Part shown: positions 48,383-61,357 of the stretch, in pieces
Numbering within the stretch: the first letter of the stretch is position 1
Layout of the letters: each line of letters begins with the position of its first letter
Source: Centroscyllium fabricii
Lineage: Eukaryota
Assembly (NCBI GenBank): GCA_051313645.2
Contig: JBNRSN020000005.1
Location: 111,724,001-111,788,000 of the forward strand
DNA length: 64,000 bases
Direction of reading: 5' to 3'
Translations under genes and position numbers: made by a program
The notes under the pieces: model-generated
Seen by the model: the letters and a program-made list of their open reading frames with translations, nothing else
Told to the model about the DNA's origin: nothing
The model's database searches: none

Positions 48383-49714
48383 CATTTTCCCTTTCTTTAT
48401 CAATTTCTTGGTCCTCCTTTGCTGAATTCTAAAATCCTCCCAATCCTCAAGGTTACTACTCTTTTTGCCAACATTATAAGCCTCTTCCTTTGATCTAATA
48501 CTATCTTTAACTTCTCTTGTTAGCCATGGTTGGACCACTTTTCCTGTGAGGTTTTTGTGCCTTAAAAGAATATATATTTGTTGTAAATTATGTATTAATG
48601 CTTTAAATGCTAGCCATTGCTCGTCTTCCATCATACCTTTTAATGTATTTTCCCAATCTACCTTAGCCTATTTGCCCCTCATACCTATGTAGTTTGCTTT
48701 CTTTAGATTTAAGACCCTAGTTTTGGAATTAACTAAATCACTTTCAAACTCGATATAAAGTTCTATCATATTATGGTCACTCTTCCCTAAAGGTCCCTTT
48801 ACTACAAGGTTATTAATTAACCCTTTGTCATTGTACTAGATCTAAAATAGCCTGTTCCCTAGTTGGTTCCTCAACATACTGATCTAGAAAGTTATCTTGC
48901 ATACATTCCATGAATTCGTCCTCCATTACTGAAAATTTGGTTTGCTCAGTCCATATGTAGATTAAAGTCCCCCATGATTACTGTATTACCCTTGTTAAAT
49001 GCGCCTCTGATTTATACTCTGCCCTACATTACAACTACTGTTTGGGGGCCTATAAACAACTCCCACCAAATTTATCTGCCTCTTGCTATTTGTTTCTTAG
49101 CTCCACCCAAACTGATTCTACTTCTTGATTTTCCGAGCTAAGATTCTTTCTCTCTACTGAAATTTATCCCATCTTTTATTATCAGGACTAACCCGCCTCC
49201 TTATCCATTTTGCCTATCTCTTCTAAAAGTTAAGTATCCTGGAATATTTAGTTCCCAACCTTGGCCACTTTGCAACCACGTCTCCATTATGGCTGTTAGA
49301 TCAAACCTGTTAATTTCTCCCCAATAAACCTATTCTGAGAAATTTTAATCGACTGTGGGGGTATACTTATTCCAAGAACCAAGACCCTTCCCTCTCCCTT
49401 ACTCCTCTTGTCTCTCAACTATTTTGACTTGCTGGGCATAAACTACACCCTCAATACCAATAGATGCTCCCACGGAACTACTGTGAAAATGTTCAGTAAT
49501 TAACTGCAGGGATATAGCCTATTGCATTAAAACATTCTTATTTATATATATTTTATATGACCTGTGGTAAGTGATGGCTCATATGATTTATACATAAATC
49601 ACTTTGAACCAAAGAGCTGTGAGAGACCTGAGCTTTTGATGTAACCGCTGACATCAGATTATGAAGTGTTAATAATAACCATCATTTCGAGTACAAGACA
49701 TTAGAATTCCTTAC

Positions 49715-49919
49715 CTCTGATTCCACTTCAAGAATTTCATCTCCAGCAGATGGAAGTTCCTTCCAACCAACTATCTCCACCGGGGTGCTTGGTCCAGCAG
49801 CATTCATTGGCTTGTTATTCTCATCAAACATTAACCGTACCTTAGCCCAGCTCTTTCCTGCCACCAGAACACAACCTTTCGTCAATGTTCCACGCTGGAT
49901 AATAGTTGTGCTGACTGGT
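49715..49919 (-). CDS. mtif2: mtif2 coding exon (domain II)
   Basis: (G)[68 protein letters not shown]; AG/GT, 205 bp. Confidence 0.95.
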
Positions 49920-49984
49920 CTAAAAGGAAAAAAAACAGTATTTAGTCCAGTTTATTAAATATCCAATCATAAATTAGATTGATT

Positions 49985-50433
49985 TTCATTTATATAGTAC
50001 TTTTCATGTCCTCAGGACGTCCCAAAGCGCGTCACAGCCAATTAAGTATTTTTGAAGTATTGACACTGTTTTAATGTAAGAAACGTGACAGCTAATTTGC
50101 ACACAGCAAGGTCCCACAAATAGCAATGTGATAATAACCAGATAATCGGTTTTTAGTGATGTTGGTTGAGGAATACATATTGACCAGGACACCAGAGATA
50201 ACTCCCCTGCTTCTTCGAAATAGTGCCATGGGATCTTTTATGTCCACCTGAGATAACAGACAGACCCTTGGTTTACCATCTTATCCGAAAGACGGCACCT
50301 CCGACAGTGCAGCCCTCCCTCGGTACTGCACTGAATTGTCAGCCTAGATTTTTGTGCTCAAGTCTCTGGAGTGGGACTTGAACGCACAACCTTCTGACTC
50401 AGAGGCGACAGTGCTACCCTGAGCCACGGCTGA
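49985..50433 (-). mobile_element. DeuSINE (SacSINE1-like): tRNA head, Deu-domain, L2-like tail
   Basis: On - strand: GCCGTGGCTCAG...GTTCAAGTCCCACTCC, then CTGCACTGTCGGAGGTGCCGTCTTTCGGAT...AAAAGATCCCATGGCACTATTTCGAAGAAG. Confidence 0.8.
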
Positions 50434-51151
50434 CAATAGATAGAATGGTTAGGGAACATGTTGGCCGTAGCAGCGATTTGTAAGAGTGCTCCTCAGCTAT
50501 CAAAGCACTAGGGCTGTATCCTGGGTATCTTCGGCAGAACTGTTGCTTGTTTAAAGGGGAGCCTGGGATCTCACACCACTGGGGAGAGGCCTGGCTTACT
50601 GATGAAAATTGTGCTAGACCACATCCGTCCTTCGGATGAAATGTCACCGTCAATTAATCATATCCGCTTCAACCGGTACGGTGACTGCAAAGAACACTAA
50701 TGATATTGACAACGATCCACCCCGCAGCTCTGGTCAATTTCAACATGCTATCACTATTCTTCTTGTGAAGGCTAGACAGTAGAGACTGTCGCTGAAGGAC
50801 ATGCTCCACAGTCTTAGGTTGCCTCACTGTCAAATCACCCAAGGGCCTCATCTTACTAGCGGTTGGAGCAACAGTGTTTGGAACATGACTTTTGATCTAC
50901 CGGCAGTGACAGCTGGGGAATTAATTTTCAATCATGTAACTTACTGGTTTTTAAAATTAATTGGAGACCATCAAACTTGTTTTATTAAAATGATTCTTGA
51001 TTCTCAGTTTGACATTTGGAGAAATGACACTTCGTTATTGTGGCTTTTAGATTTATCAGCAGTGGATCACGGGGGATCCATCCACAGGCACCAGTATTGG
51101 ATGAGCAGAAATTTTCTCCAAATAAATATTGGGAAGACTGAAGCTAAAAAT

Positions 51152-51894
51152 GGCCCAAAAATGAGCCTTGGAGCCTTCCTGCGAGTGCAAGGCTCCAAGG
51201 TACACTTACCCTGCACTTCTGCCGTTTTACAATTATGGGATGTGAAATCCCGAGTTGTACAGCTACTGCAAGCTCCAAGCGACCTGCTGGTGCAACGCAA
51301 CAGCGTAGTTAGTGGGAGATATCGCACGGGACCACGTAATCTGCAGGGAGCCAATCAATGGAAGCAATCCTCCATTCATAACTTACACGGAGAAATCTGT
51401 GTAAGTTATGAAAAGGAAGAGCTTCAAAAACACATCTAAACACAAAAATAAAATTAAAAAAACACCACATTTTTCAACAACACTCTAACTAACATAAATT
51501 ACCTATTTTAAAGAAAAAATAAAAATTTAGAAAAAAAAATTAAAGTTTTTAACTGGCCTTAAAGTTTAAAAAAATTAAAAACCTGTTAAAACAATACTTA
51601 AATTCTATAGAATAAAGACTTACCTGCTAAAAACGGGTGGTTACGGCTGATATTTTTAAGTGTAAAATCTTCCATACTTACCCCGATAAAAAACTCGGGA
51701 AAAAAACGGAAGTCCACTGCGCTCCTCCCGGTGCGCAGGCGAACGCGATCCAGCCGGCTGCAGCTCGCGATCCCCTGCTGGACGCCATCGGAATTACAGG
51801 TAGCACTGGGAAACGGCTGCTACCTGCAATTCGGAGCTCGGGTGCGTGAACACCCGGCTCAAAAACCTCCCGTGATCATCGCAATTTTTGGCCC
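51152..51894. mobile_element. Harbinger/PHIS-like MITE (copy F)
   Basis: Ends GGCCCAAAAAT / AATTTTTGGCCC; AAT on both sides; internal homology to D and H. Confidence 0.78.
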
Positions 51895-52221
51895 AATCTT
51901 CGATCCCCGCCACAAACTGTGTTCCCTGGCCACAGTTTCCATCCCTGTAAACTGTCTGAAGCTGAGCCAGACCGTTCTCAACCTTGGTGTTGTGTTTGAC
52001 CCTGAAATGAGCTTCCGACCACATATCTGCTCCATCACCAAGACTTTCAATTCCACCTCCGTAATATCGCCGACTCCGACCCTGCCTCAGCTCATCTGCT
52101 ACTGAAACTCTCATCCATGTCTTTGTTACCTCTAGATTTGACTATTCCAACACTCTCCTGGCCGGCCTCCCATCTTCCACCCTGCATAAACTTGTGCTCA
52201 TCCAAAACTCTGCAGCCTGTA

Positions 52222-52493
52222 TCTTCCGGTTTCCTCCCACAGTCCAAAGATGTGCGGGTTAGGTGGATTGGCCATGATAAATTGACCCTTAGTGTTAGGG
52301 GGATTGAATATGTGGGGTTACGGGGATAGGGTGGGATATGTGTTGATGCAGGCTCGATGGAGATCGAGGGATATGGGGAGAGGGCAGGGGCGGGATACTG
52401 GGTTTGGATGATCAGCCATGATCTCATTGAATGGCAGAGCAGGCTCGAAGGGCCGAATGGCCTACTCCTGCTCCTAGTTTCTATGTTTCTATG
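52222..52493 (+). mobile_element. 5'-truncated HE1-like V-SINE
   Basis: Aligns with 33120-33386. Confidence 0.85.
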
Positions 52494-53609
52494 TTAACTC
52501 GCTCCAAGTCTCGTTCACCCATCACCCCTCTGCTTGCTAACCTACACTCGCTCCTGGTCCGACAACGCTTCAATTTTAAAATCCTCATCCTTGTTTTCAA
52601 ATCCCTTCATGGCCTCGCCCCTCCCCATCTTTGTAACCTCCTCCAGCCCTACAAGCCTTTGAGCTCTCTGTGGTCCTCCAATTCTCGCCTCTTGCATATC
52701 ACCGATTTTAATCGCTCCACCATTGGCTGTCGTGCTTTCAGTTGCCTTGGCCCCAAGCTCTGGAATTCCCTCCCTAAACCTCTCCTCCTCTCGAGCTCCC
52801 TTTCCTCCTTTAAGTTGCTCCTTAAAACCTACCTCTTTGACCAAACTTTTGGGTCACCTGTCCTGATATCTCCTTTTGTGGCTTGGTGTCAAAAATGTTT
52901 TTATTGTTATCGCTCTTGTTAAGCGCCTTGGGACATTTTGCTACATTAAATGCACTATATAAATGTAAGTTGTTGTTGGTTATCTCTTTAATCAAAGATG
53001 GTTGCATCATCAAAAATTTCTCAAGTCGTCCAGTGCATAACTGGTGTCTAATGAGTCCAATGCTCACAAGTTTTCTCTCACAACATAGGATAATGTGACT
53101 GCTGCAGACACCAAGATGTTGCCATTTCTTAGAATTCTGCTCAACATGCACAGAAGCTTTCAAAGTGAGAGAACCTCAGGACATGTAACGTTCCCACTGA
53201 TGACTAAGCAATGGATAATCTTGCTGCTACATTTCCATGGATGCCAGTTATCCTTCAGCACCTTGTTCAAGGAGGTGGTTCACCTTCACGGCTTATCCAT
53301 TGCCGTGTCCTCCCGGTCATCAGTGAGGACATTATAAAGAGGACATGCCTTCAGCTTGTTTTTCAAGGAGTCTTTACACTGCTTCTTTTGCCCACCTAGA
53401 ATGTTAACTATTTTTCAGCACAAAACACCTGTTTTGGAAGCCCACGTTCTCCCATTCAAAAAATGTCTAACCATGCTACATTTTGTTGAGCATCGCTTTG
53501 ACAACAGTTGTACTGGCTCTTCACAGGATTTCTAGGTTAATGATCTTGACTTGTCATTAGATGTGCAGAATTGATTGCAGATGACATGTCTTTCATATAG
53601 TGTCTGTTA

Positions 53610-54027
53610 TACATCCATGTCCCAAAACAAGTGTTCTACTCGGAGCTCCGGCATGGCAAAACAGCCCCTGGTGGGCAGAGGAAACGCTTCAAGGACACCC
53701 TCAAAGCCTCCTTGAAAAAGTGTAACATGCCCACCGACACCTGGGAATCCCTGGCCCAAGACCGCACAAAGTGGAGGAGAAGCATCCGGAAGGCACCGAA
53801 CTCCGAGTCTCTTCGCCAGGAGCAAGCAGAAGCCAAGCGCAGACAGCGCAAGGAGCGCACAACAACCCAAGCACCCCACCAACCCGCCCCTCCAACCACC
53901 ATCTGCCCCACCTGTGACAGAGACTGTAGGTCCCGCATTGGACTCATCAGTCATCTGAGAACTCATTTTGAATGTGGAAGCAAGTCATCCTTGATTCCGA
54001 GGGACTGCCTAAGAAGAAGAAGGAGAA
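53610..54027 (+). mobile_element. RTE (BovB-like) LINE 3' end
   Basis: FYSELRHG...GGQRKRFKDTLK...WESLAQDRTKWR...CPTCDRDCRSRIGLISHLRTH; (AGA)n tail. Confidence 0.88.
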
Positions 54028-54734
54028 GTTGTACATCCATGCCTCACAGCTCCACAAAAGAGTTGCGAGTACTACTGGTTTATAAACTATCGCCTAGGTT
54101 TTCAAGAATATTTGAATACAATACACTCCCAGTGGTATAATATGATCTTTGTCACAAGACAAATCCAGGGCAGAAATTAAACTTCTAAATGATATTCATC
54201 AATCTAACAAAGGTCTTCAACATAGTTAGCTAACCTGGTCTATGGTGAGCTGCTAACAATGTTTTCCTCGTGCCAGTTTTTTTCTGCCAATTTTCTCCCC
54301 ACCTTCCTTTCCTGAAGGGGTCAGTTCCTTGCTGCTACATTCCCATGGATGCCAGTTATCCTTCAGCACCTTGCTCAAGTAGCCATAAGCCAATCATGTG
54401 TGAGCCTTCAGCGTGGTGGCAGGCTAGTTGGCACAGTGGGGCATTTCAGCCAAGCTGATTCCTATCCTCATCTGACATCCATATATACACATTCAACAGA
54501 GGCCTGGATTACGATGAATAGCAGGAGCCTTGCCTGATTTTTCCCTTCCCTGACCCACAGGTGCTGATGCCAATTAAAAGCCATTTAGTGAAGTCAGGTT
54601 TTCAGAATGTTGAATGGTCTAAAGTAGGCTAGTATTCCTATTTATGCATGTTTTGCTCCAATCCTCGGTAATGTTGCAAGGCGTCTTATAGAAGCAGTGT
54701 CCATTCACTTCCACACAACCAACAACTGTTCAAT

Positions 54735-57700
54735 CTAGTGCTCTGGGGGAGGGTTTAAACTAAAATGGCAGGGGGTTGGGAACCTGAGAGGGGAGACAGA
54801 GGAAAGGGAATCGACGATAAAAGCAAAAGACAGGAAGGAGAAAAACAAAAATGGCAGACTGAGAAATCAAGGGTTTAAATCAAACATGGCCACAGCAAAT
54901 AATAATTCTAAAAGATTTAAGAGTGTTAAAAAGACAAGGCTTTATGTCTTAATGCGAGGAGCATTTGTAATAAGGTGGATGAATTGGTTGCACAAATAGA
55001 GGTAAACGAATATGATATGATTGGGATTACGGAAACATGGCTCTAGGATGGCCAAGGCTGGGAACTCAACATCCAGGGGTATTTAATATTCAGGAAAGAC
55101 AGGCAAACAGGTAAAGGAGGTGGGGTAACATTGCTGGTTAAAGAGGGGATTAACACAATTGTAAGGAAGTATATCAGTTCTGATGATGTGGAATCTGTAT
55201 GGGTGGAACTGTGAAATACCAAGGGGCAAAAAACGATAGTGGGAGTGGTATATAGACCTCCAAACAGTAATGCGGAGGTTGGGGACGGCATTAAAAGGGA
55301 AATTAGAGAAGCGTGCAAGAAGGGCACAGCAGTTATCATGGGAGACTTTAATCTACATATAGATTGGGCTAACCAAATTAGTAACAATGCTGTGGAGGAG
55401 GAATTCCTGGAGTGTATACAGGATAGTTTTCTGGAACAATATGTCGAGGAACCAACTAGATATCAGGCCATCTTAGACTGGGTATTATGTAATAACAGTA
55501 ATATGAAAGGATTAATTAGTAATCTTGTTGTGCGAGGCCCCTTGGGTCGGAGCGACCATAATGGGCCAGAAATTCGGGTTTGCCGGTTGGTGTGCAACTA
55601 GGACCATGCGGAGCACTTACGAAGCCCAGCAACATCTGAGGTTTTTTTTCCTCAAAACTTCCGATTGGCTCCGCCCCCTTCGTTCGCAACGTGGCAGTCC
55701 AGCCACGTTATGTGCGAAGTGTAAGCCCCGCCCACAGATCCCAAATTTAAATAAAAAACGCCCCCCAGATCCCTAATTTAAATGAACAGATCCCGAGTCG
55801 GACCTTTGTGAGAGCAGGTAAGTGCGGAGCTGCACAACAGACTCGCGGGGAGCAGCGCGGGGGCACAGCAGCTTCGCAGAGGAAGAAACGGCAGGTAAGA
55901 GAAGCCATTTCTTCCCCGTAGATTTTTAAAATTTTTAAATTAGCTAGAGAGTTAGAAATTTCAGAAATTTAACTTTAAAAATTAGCGATTTCAACCAGGT
56001 AAATTAACTTAAAATCGGATTTGTTAAATTTTTAAAAAAACTTTAACTTAAAAATTTAACGTTACCGATCTGGCCACACTACTCCCAAAAACTGTAAAAA
56101 ATTTAAATTAAAGTTAAAAAATTAACTTACTATGCTTAAGAACGTTTCTCTCTACCTCACCAACGAGTTATTCCAGCTTTTTTCAAGTGCATCTGTGGGC
56201 TCCGTTGCCCACAGAATCACGGAAAAAAATGACCCTTTTTGACTCGGAAGTTTTGGGTGCAACTCATTCCTGGGCATCATGCTGAGGGCCCTTCTCCCTC
56301 AGCATCGGAAGTTTCGGATCCGTGGGCATCTCGGATCCGTGGGCATTTTTCGTGGGCATCGCCGTGGGCATCTGCTTTAGGCATCGGAATTTCTGGCCCA
56401 TTATGATCGAATTCTTCATTAAGATGGAGAGTGAAGGAGTTGACTCAGAGACTAGGGTCCTGAATTTAAATAAAGGAAACTACGATGGTATGAGGCACGA
56501 GTTGGGTAGGATTGATTGGAGAATGTCACTCAAAGGGTTAACGGTGGAAAGGCAATGGCAAACATTCAAAGATCGCATGGATGAACTACAGAATTTTTTC
56601 ATCCCAGTTTGGCATAAAAATAAAACGAAAAAGGTGGCTCAACCGTGGTTAACAAGGGAAATTAGGGATAGCATAAGATCCAAGGCGAGGACATATAAAT
56701 TGGCCAGAAAAAGCTGCAAACCTGAGGATTGGGAGCAGTTTCGGATTCAACAAAGGAGGACAAAGGGATTAATTAAGAGGGGGGAAATAGATTATGAGAG
56801 TAAGCTTGCTGGGAACATAAAAAACTGACTGTAAAAGCTTCTATAGATATGTGAAGAGAAAAAGATTGGTGAAGTCAAGCATAGGTCCCTTGCAGTCAGA
56901 ATCAGGGGAATTTATAATGGGGAACAAAGAAATGGCAGACCAATTAAATACATACTTTGGTTCTGTCTTCACAAAGGAGGACGCAAACAACCTCCCGGAG
57001 ATGTCAGGGAACATAGGGACTAATGAGAGGATGGAACTGAAAGAAATCAGTATTTGTAGGGAAATGGTTTTGAGGAAGTTGACAGGATTGAAGGCCGATA
57101 AATCCCCAGGGTCTGATAATCTACATTCTAGGGTACTTAAGGAAGTGGCCCTGGAGATAGTAGATGCATTGCTGGTCATCTTCCAGAACTCGATAGACTC
57201 TGGAACAGTACCCATGGATTGGAGGGTAGCTAATGTCACCCCACTATTCAAAAAAGGTGGCAGAGAAAAAGCGGGGAATTACAGACCAGTAAGCCTGACA
57301 TCAGTAGTGGGGAAAATGCTAGAGTCTATTATAAATGATGTAATAGCGGAGCACTTGGAAAGCAGTGACAGGATCGGACAAAGTCAACATGGATTTACAA
57401 AAGGTAAATCGTGCTTGACTAATCTACTGGAATATTTTGAGGATGTAACTGGTAAAATAGATAAGGGAGAACCAGTGGATGTGGTGTATTTGGAGTTTCA
57501 GAAGGCTTTCGATAAGGTCCCGGATAAGAGATTAGCATGCAAAATTAAGGCACATGAGATTGGGGGCAAGCTATTGACTTGGATAGAGAACTGGTTGGCA
57601 GATAGAAAGCAAAGAGTTGGAATAAACGGGTCGTTTTCCGAGTGGTGGGCAGTGACTAGTGAGGTACCGCAAGGATCGGTCCTAGGACCCCAGCTGTTCA

Positions 57701-58672
57701 CAATATATATATATGATCTGAACAAGGGAATTGGATGTAGTATCTTCAAATTTGCAGACGACACAAAGCTGGGTGGGAGGGTATGCTGTGAGGACGATGT
57801 CGTGAAACTCCAGTACGACTTGGACAGGTTGGGCGATTGGGCAGAAACATGGCAAATGCACTATAATGTGAATAAATGTGAGGTTATCCACTTTGGTGGC
57901 ACAAACAGGAAGGCAGATTATTATTTGAATGGCAATAGATTGGGAGAAGGGGAAGTGCAAAGAGACCTGGGTGTTCTTGTGCACCAGGTAAGCATGCAGG
58001 TGCAGCAGGCGGTTAAGGCAAATAGTATGTTGGCCTTCGTAGCAAGAGGGTTCGAGTACAGGAACAAGGATGTCTTGCTGCAGCTGTGCAGGGCCTCGGT
58101 GAGACCGCACCTCGAGTATTGTGTGCAATTTTGGTCGCCTTATCTGAGGAAGGATGTGCTTGCCGTGGAAGGAGTGCAGCGAAGATTCACCAGGCTGATA
58201 CCTGGGATGGCAGGAATGACGTATGACGAGAGATTGTGTCGATTGGGCTTATACTCACTGGAGCTAAGAAGATTGAGAGGGGATCTCATCGAAACCTATA
58301 AAATTCTGTCGGGCCTGGACAGACTAGATGCAGGAAGGATGTTCCCGATGGCCGGGGAGTCCAGAACCAGGGGTCATAGTCTAAGGATAAGGGGTAACTC
58401 ATTTAGGACTGAGATGAGGAGGAATTTCTTCATCCAGAGAGTGGTGAACCTGTGAAATTCTCTGCCACAGAGGGCGGTGGAGGCCAGTTCATTAAATATA
58501 TTCAAGAAGGAGTTGGATATATTCCTCAAGGCTACAGGGATCAAGGGATATGGGGAGAAGGCAGGGAACAGGGTACTGAATTTGGATGATCAGCCATGAT
58601 CTCATTGAATGGCAGAGCAGGCTCGAGGGGCCGAATGGCCTACTCCTGCTCCTATCTTCTATGTTTCTATGT
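54735..58672 (+). mobile_element. CR1 LINE, full ORF2 region with disablements, interrupted by MITE G
   Basis: ORFs 55239-55601, 56322-56828, 56851-58455 (APE and RT); 3' UTR and (TTTCTATG)n tail. Confidence 0.93.
55563..56399. mobile_element. Harbinger/PHIS-like MITE (copy G)
   Basis: TIRs GGGCCAGAAATTC / GAATTTCTGGCCC; interrupts the CR1 SDHN|MIEF motif; flanks AAT / ATT. Confidence 0.85.
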
Positions 58673-59288
58673 AATCTGAGCAGGTCTAATTTGCAAAAAT
58701 TGGTGAGGAAAAAATATTTTCTGGTTAAAAGGTACTATTACCCATTCCTGATCTTGGTGGATGACAGAGGAGATTTGGGCTATTATAATAATTAACATTA
58801 ATTTCAAGTCCCAAGCATATGCTTAAGTATTCCAATGCCTAACAATTAGAGGAGTTAAGATATTTTTAATGAACGTACCACCTGCGGCTTAGAGGGCAAT
58901 CTATTCCAAGCTTCCACCACTGCTGCTTCGAAACAAGCTGCTCAGAGGTGAGAGCAAACAGCTCGAGGTAATTCGTCCTCCAATTTCTGTGCTGCTCTTT
59001 TGGAAAGTGCCTGGCCTCCACTCAGCACCAACTCTTGAGGTTGGACATCTTAAAAATAGAGGGTGTGCGAAATGAACCCATATTCCATCACAGCATGCTG
59101 TTTGGTTTAGTTTTAAATTATTTTGGTAACTTAATGGTGAAAGAGTAGTTTGCTTGATCTGACTGTTCATTGCAAATACACGGTAAGTAAGTGCATTATT
59201 ATACAGTGTATTTAAGGAAATAATTTATATGCATAACAATCTTGGATATAGTGCTGCAAGATCAAAGGCTCAACTTTTTCATTACAAT

Positions 59289-60034
59289 GGGCTAGAAATT
59301 AGGCCCGCAACGCGCGAGTACGGACGGGGTACTCATGTGTGCGGCTATCTGAAGTGCAGGTTGCCGGCATACACCGCGCATGTGCGCAGAACCGGCACTT
59401 CCGATCCCCTGAAAAAAGGGGTCAGGGGTCGGGACGCGTGAGCGCAATGAACTCCCGATTTTTCCCCAAGTTTTTTTCAGGATAAGTATTGGAAATAGTT
59501 ACGGCTGATATTTTCATGTGCAAAGAGTGGATTTCATCAGGTAAGTCTTTATTTTATTCAATTTAAACATTTTTTCCACAGGTTTTTCATTTTTTTAAAC
59601 TTTAAAGGAAGGTAAGTTGATTTTTAGGCCCGTTACATACTTTAAATAATGTTTTCAAAATTTTTAATTTTTGTTTAAAATAACTAATTTGTGTCATTGA
59701 TAGTTATTTTAAAAAATGTGATGTTTAAAAAAAATTAAGTTTAAGGTTTAGTGAGGTTTTGGGGCTGTAGTAATTCATAAGTTTGACAGGTCTTCCTGTC
59801 AAACTTCTGAATGGAGCATTCTTTGCTCCGATTGGCTCCCCGCGGACCATGTGATCCCGCGGGAAGCTTTGCACTAACTCCGACGCCGAGATGCATCAGC
59901 ACAGCGCACCGGCCTCTCAGCAGGGCCCCGGATCGGGATTTCATGATGGTGGAATCGAGAACGGCAGGCGCGCTCCGTAAGTGTGGGTTGGAGGCTTGCA
60001 CTCGTGGGAAGCCTCCAACCCGAATTTCTGGCCC
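59289..60034. mobile_element. Harbinger/PHIS-like MITE (copy H)
   Basis: Ends GGGCTAGAAATT / GAATTTCTGGCCC; flanks AAT / AAC; inverted homolog of D. Confidence 0.8.
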
Positions 60035-60138
60035 AACATATTAATGCTACAATTTGGTCAACTCTTATTTCTGAATCTTTTAGGAAATACAATACCAATA
60101 GACGAAGACTGGAAGTGTAACAGCAATAATTTACTCAC

Positions 60139-60263
60139 CCTTTTCCTTTATCATTCCGACATTCAATAACAATACCCTCAACAGGTCCTGTGCAATCTGC
60201 TTTCAACTCCAACACTTCAGACAGAGCAACAGTGGCTTCAGCTAAAGCCATCAAATTGTCGCC
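60139..60263 (-). CDS. mtif2: mtif2 coding exon (not in the ORF track)
   Basis: [41 protein letters not shown](G); AG/GT, 125 bp. Confidence 0.95.
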
Positions 60264-60944
60264 CTAAGAAATATTTACAGTACATTAAAATACAAACATT
60301 CAGCACAGTCACAGTTCCAAAGCATATAAAATTCCAGAAATCCAATAATGGTTCCACTTTACCTTTCAAAGGAACATGGACAGTATTTTATTCGTTATAA
60401 GCTTAGAAACTAATTCTGCCAGAATTGGAAATACATACCCTTGTGGTTTCTAGAATAGATTATACCTAGTACACTGATTTCATAACAATGGATGTTACAT
60501 TATTTGAGTAACTGGGAAATATATGTTAATTATCCCCTTACTCTAAACTTTGCACTAACTTTTGTCTAATTAAAAAAAAGACAATTACGAGGTGATACAA
60601 CGTGCTAGCGACACAGTGATAGCGCCGAGGCACGTATTCTGCAGGTGGAGCATTCCCAATCTCAGAAATGTTGCCTGGAAAGCCGCCAAACAGAGTTTAA
60701 GGTGGAAAGAAGGAGGGAAACAATCAAACCAGAGGTCATTCCTCCCAGACTGCTTTCATGCACCCACAAATGGCTTGTTCAGTAGTGAGTAGCCTGAGCA
60801 CAGACTTGGTTGTCAGTCACTTCTTTGTCTTTTTTGACTGTGTAGCATCAGGGAACCCAACGGTGGGGGATATATTTTTAAACAACTGTGATAAAGTTAC
60901 AACATTCAGCCAGAGAGAATGAAGGATTCCATTGAAAAAATTAC

Positions 60945-61084
60945 CTTGAGAGCAGATATATTTATGGACTGAACATCACCACCATACTCCTCACAAATCA
61001 CATCATAGGCTAACAATTCCTTCTTTACGTTTTCATGATCTGCTTCTGGCTTGTCACATTTATTTACTGCCAGAATTATTGGAA
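60945..61084 (-). CDS. mtif2: mtif2 coding exon (G-domain G4 NKCD and G5 SAL motifs); earlier exons lie beyond the window
   Basis: (V)[46 protein letters not shown]; AG/GT, 140 bp. Confidence 0.95.
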
Positions 61085-61121
61085 CTGCAGTGAGAAAAGT
61101 TGAAATTAGATGGGAATAAAT

Positions 61122-61357
61122 AATAAGAACATAAGAAATAGGAGCAGGAGTAGGCCAATCGGCCCCTCGAGCCTGCAACGCCACTCAACAAGATCATGGC
61201 TGATCTGATCCTAACCTCAAATCCACTTTCACTTTCCATCCCGCCCGAACCCATGTGGTCTCCCAGGAGAGGCAAAAAAACAGACAAAAACCCATTGGCC
61301 AATTTGGAAGAAAAAATCTGGGAAATTCCTCTCCAACCCTTCTAGGCGATCGAAACT
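61122..61357 (-). mobile_element. CR1 3' UTR fragment (long-UTR subfamily as at 44778)
   Basis: Aligns with 44778-45030. Confidence 0.8.

Larger units (their letters stand above)
41735..49320 (-). mobile_element. Older CR1 LINE split into three pieces (41735-43182, 44431-44777, 48383-49320) by two nested CR1s
   Basis: The pieces are collinear along ORF2 when the inserts are removed. Confidence 0.8.
51075..52978 (+). mobile_element. L2 LINE 3' part, interrupted by MITE F and an HE1-like SINE
   Basis: WMSRNFLQINIGKTE, NLGVVFD, ITPLLANLH...FKILILVFKSLHGLAP...KLWNSLP; L2-type tail ending (TTG)n. Confidence 0.85.
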
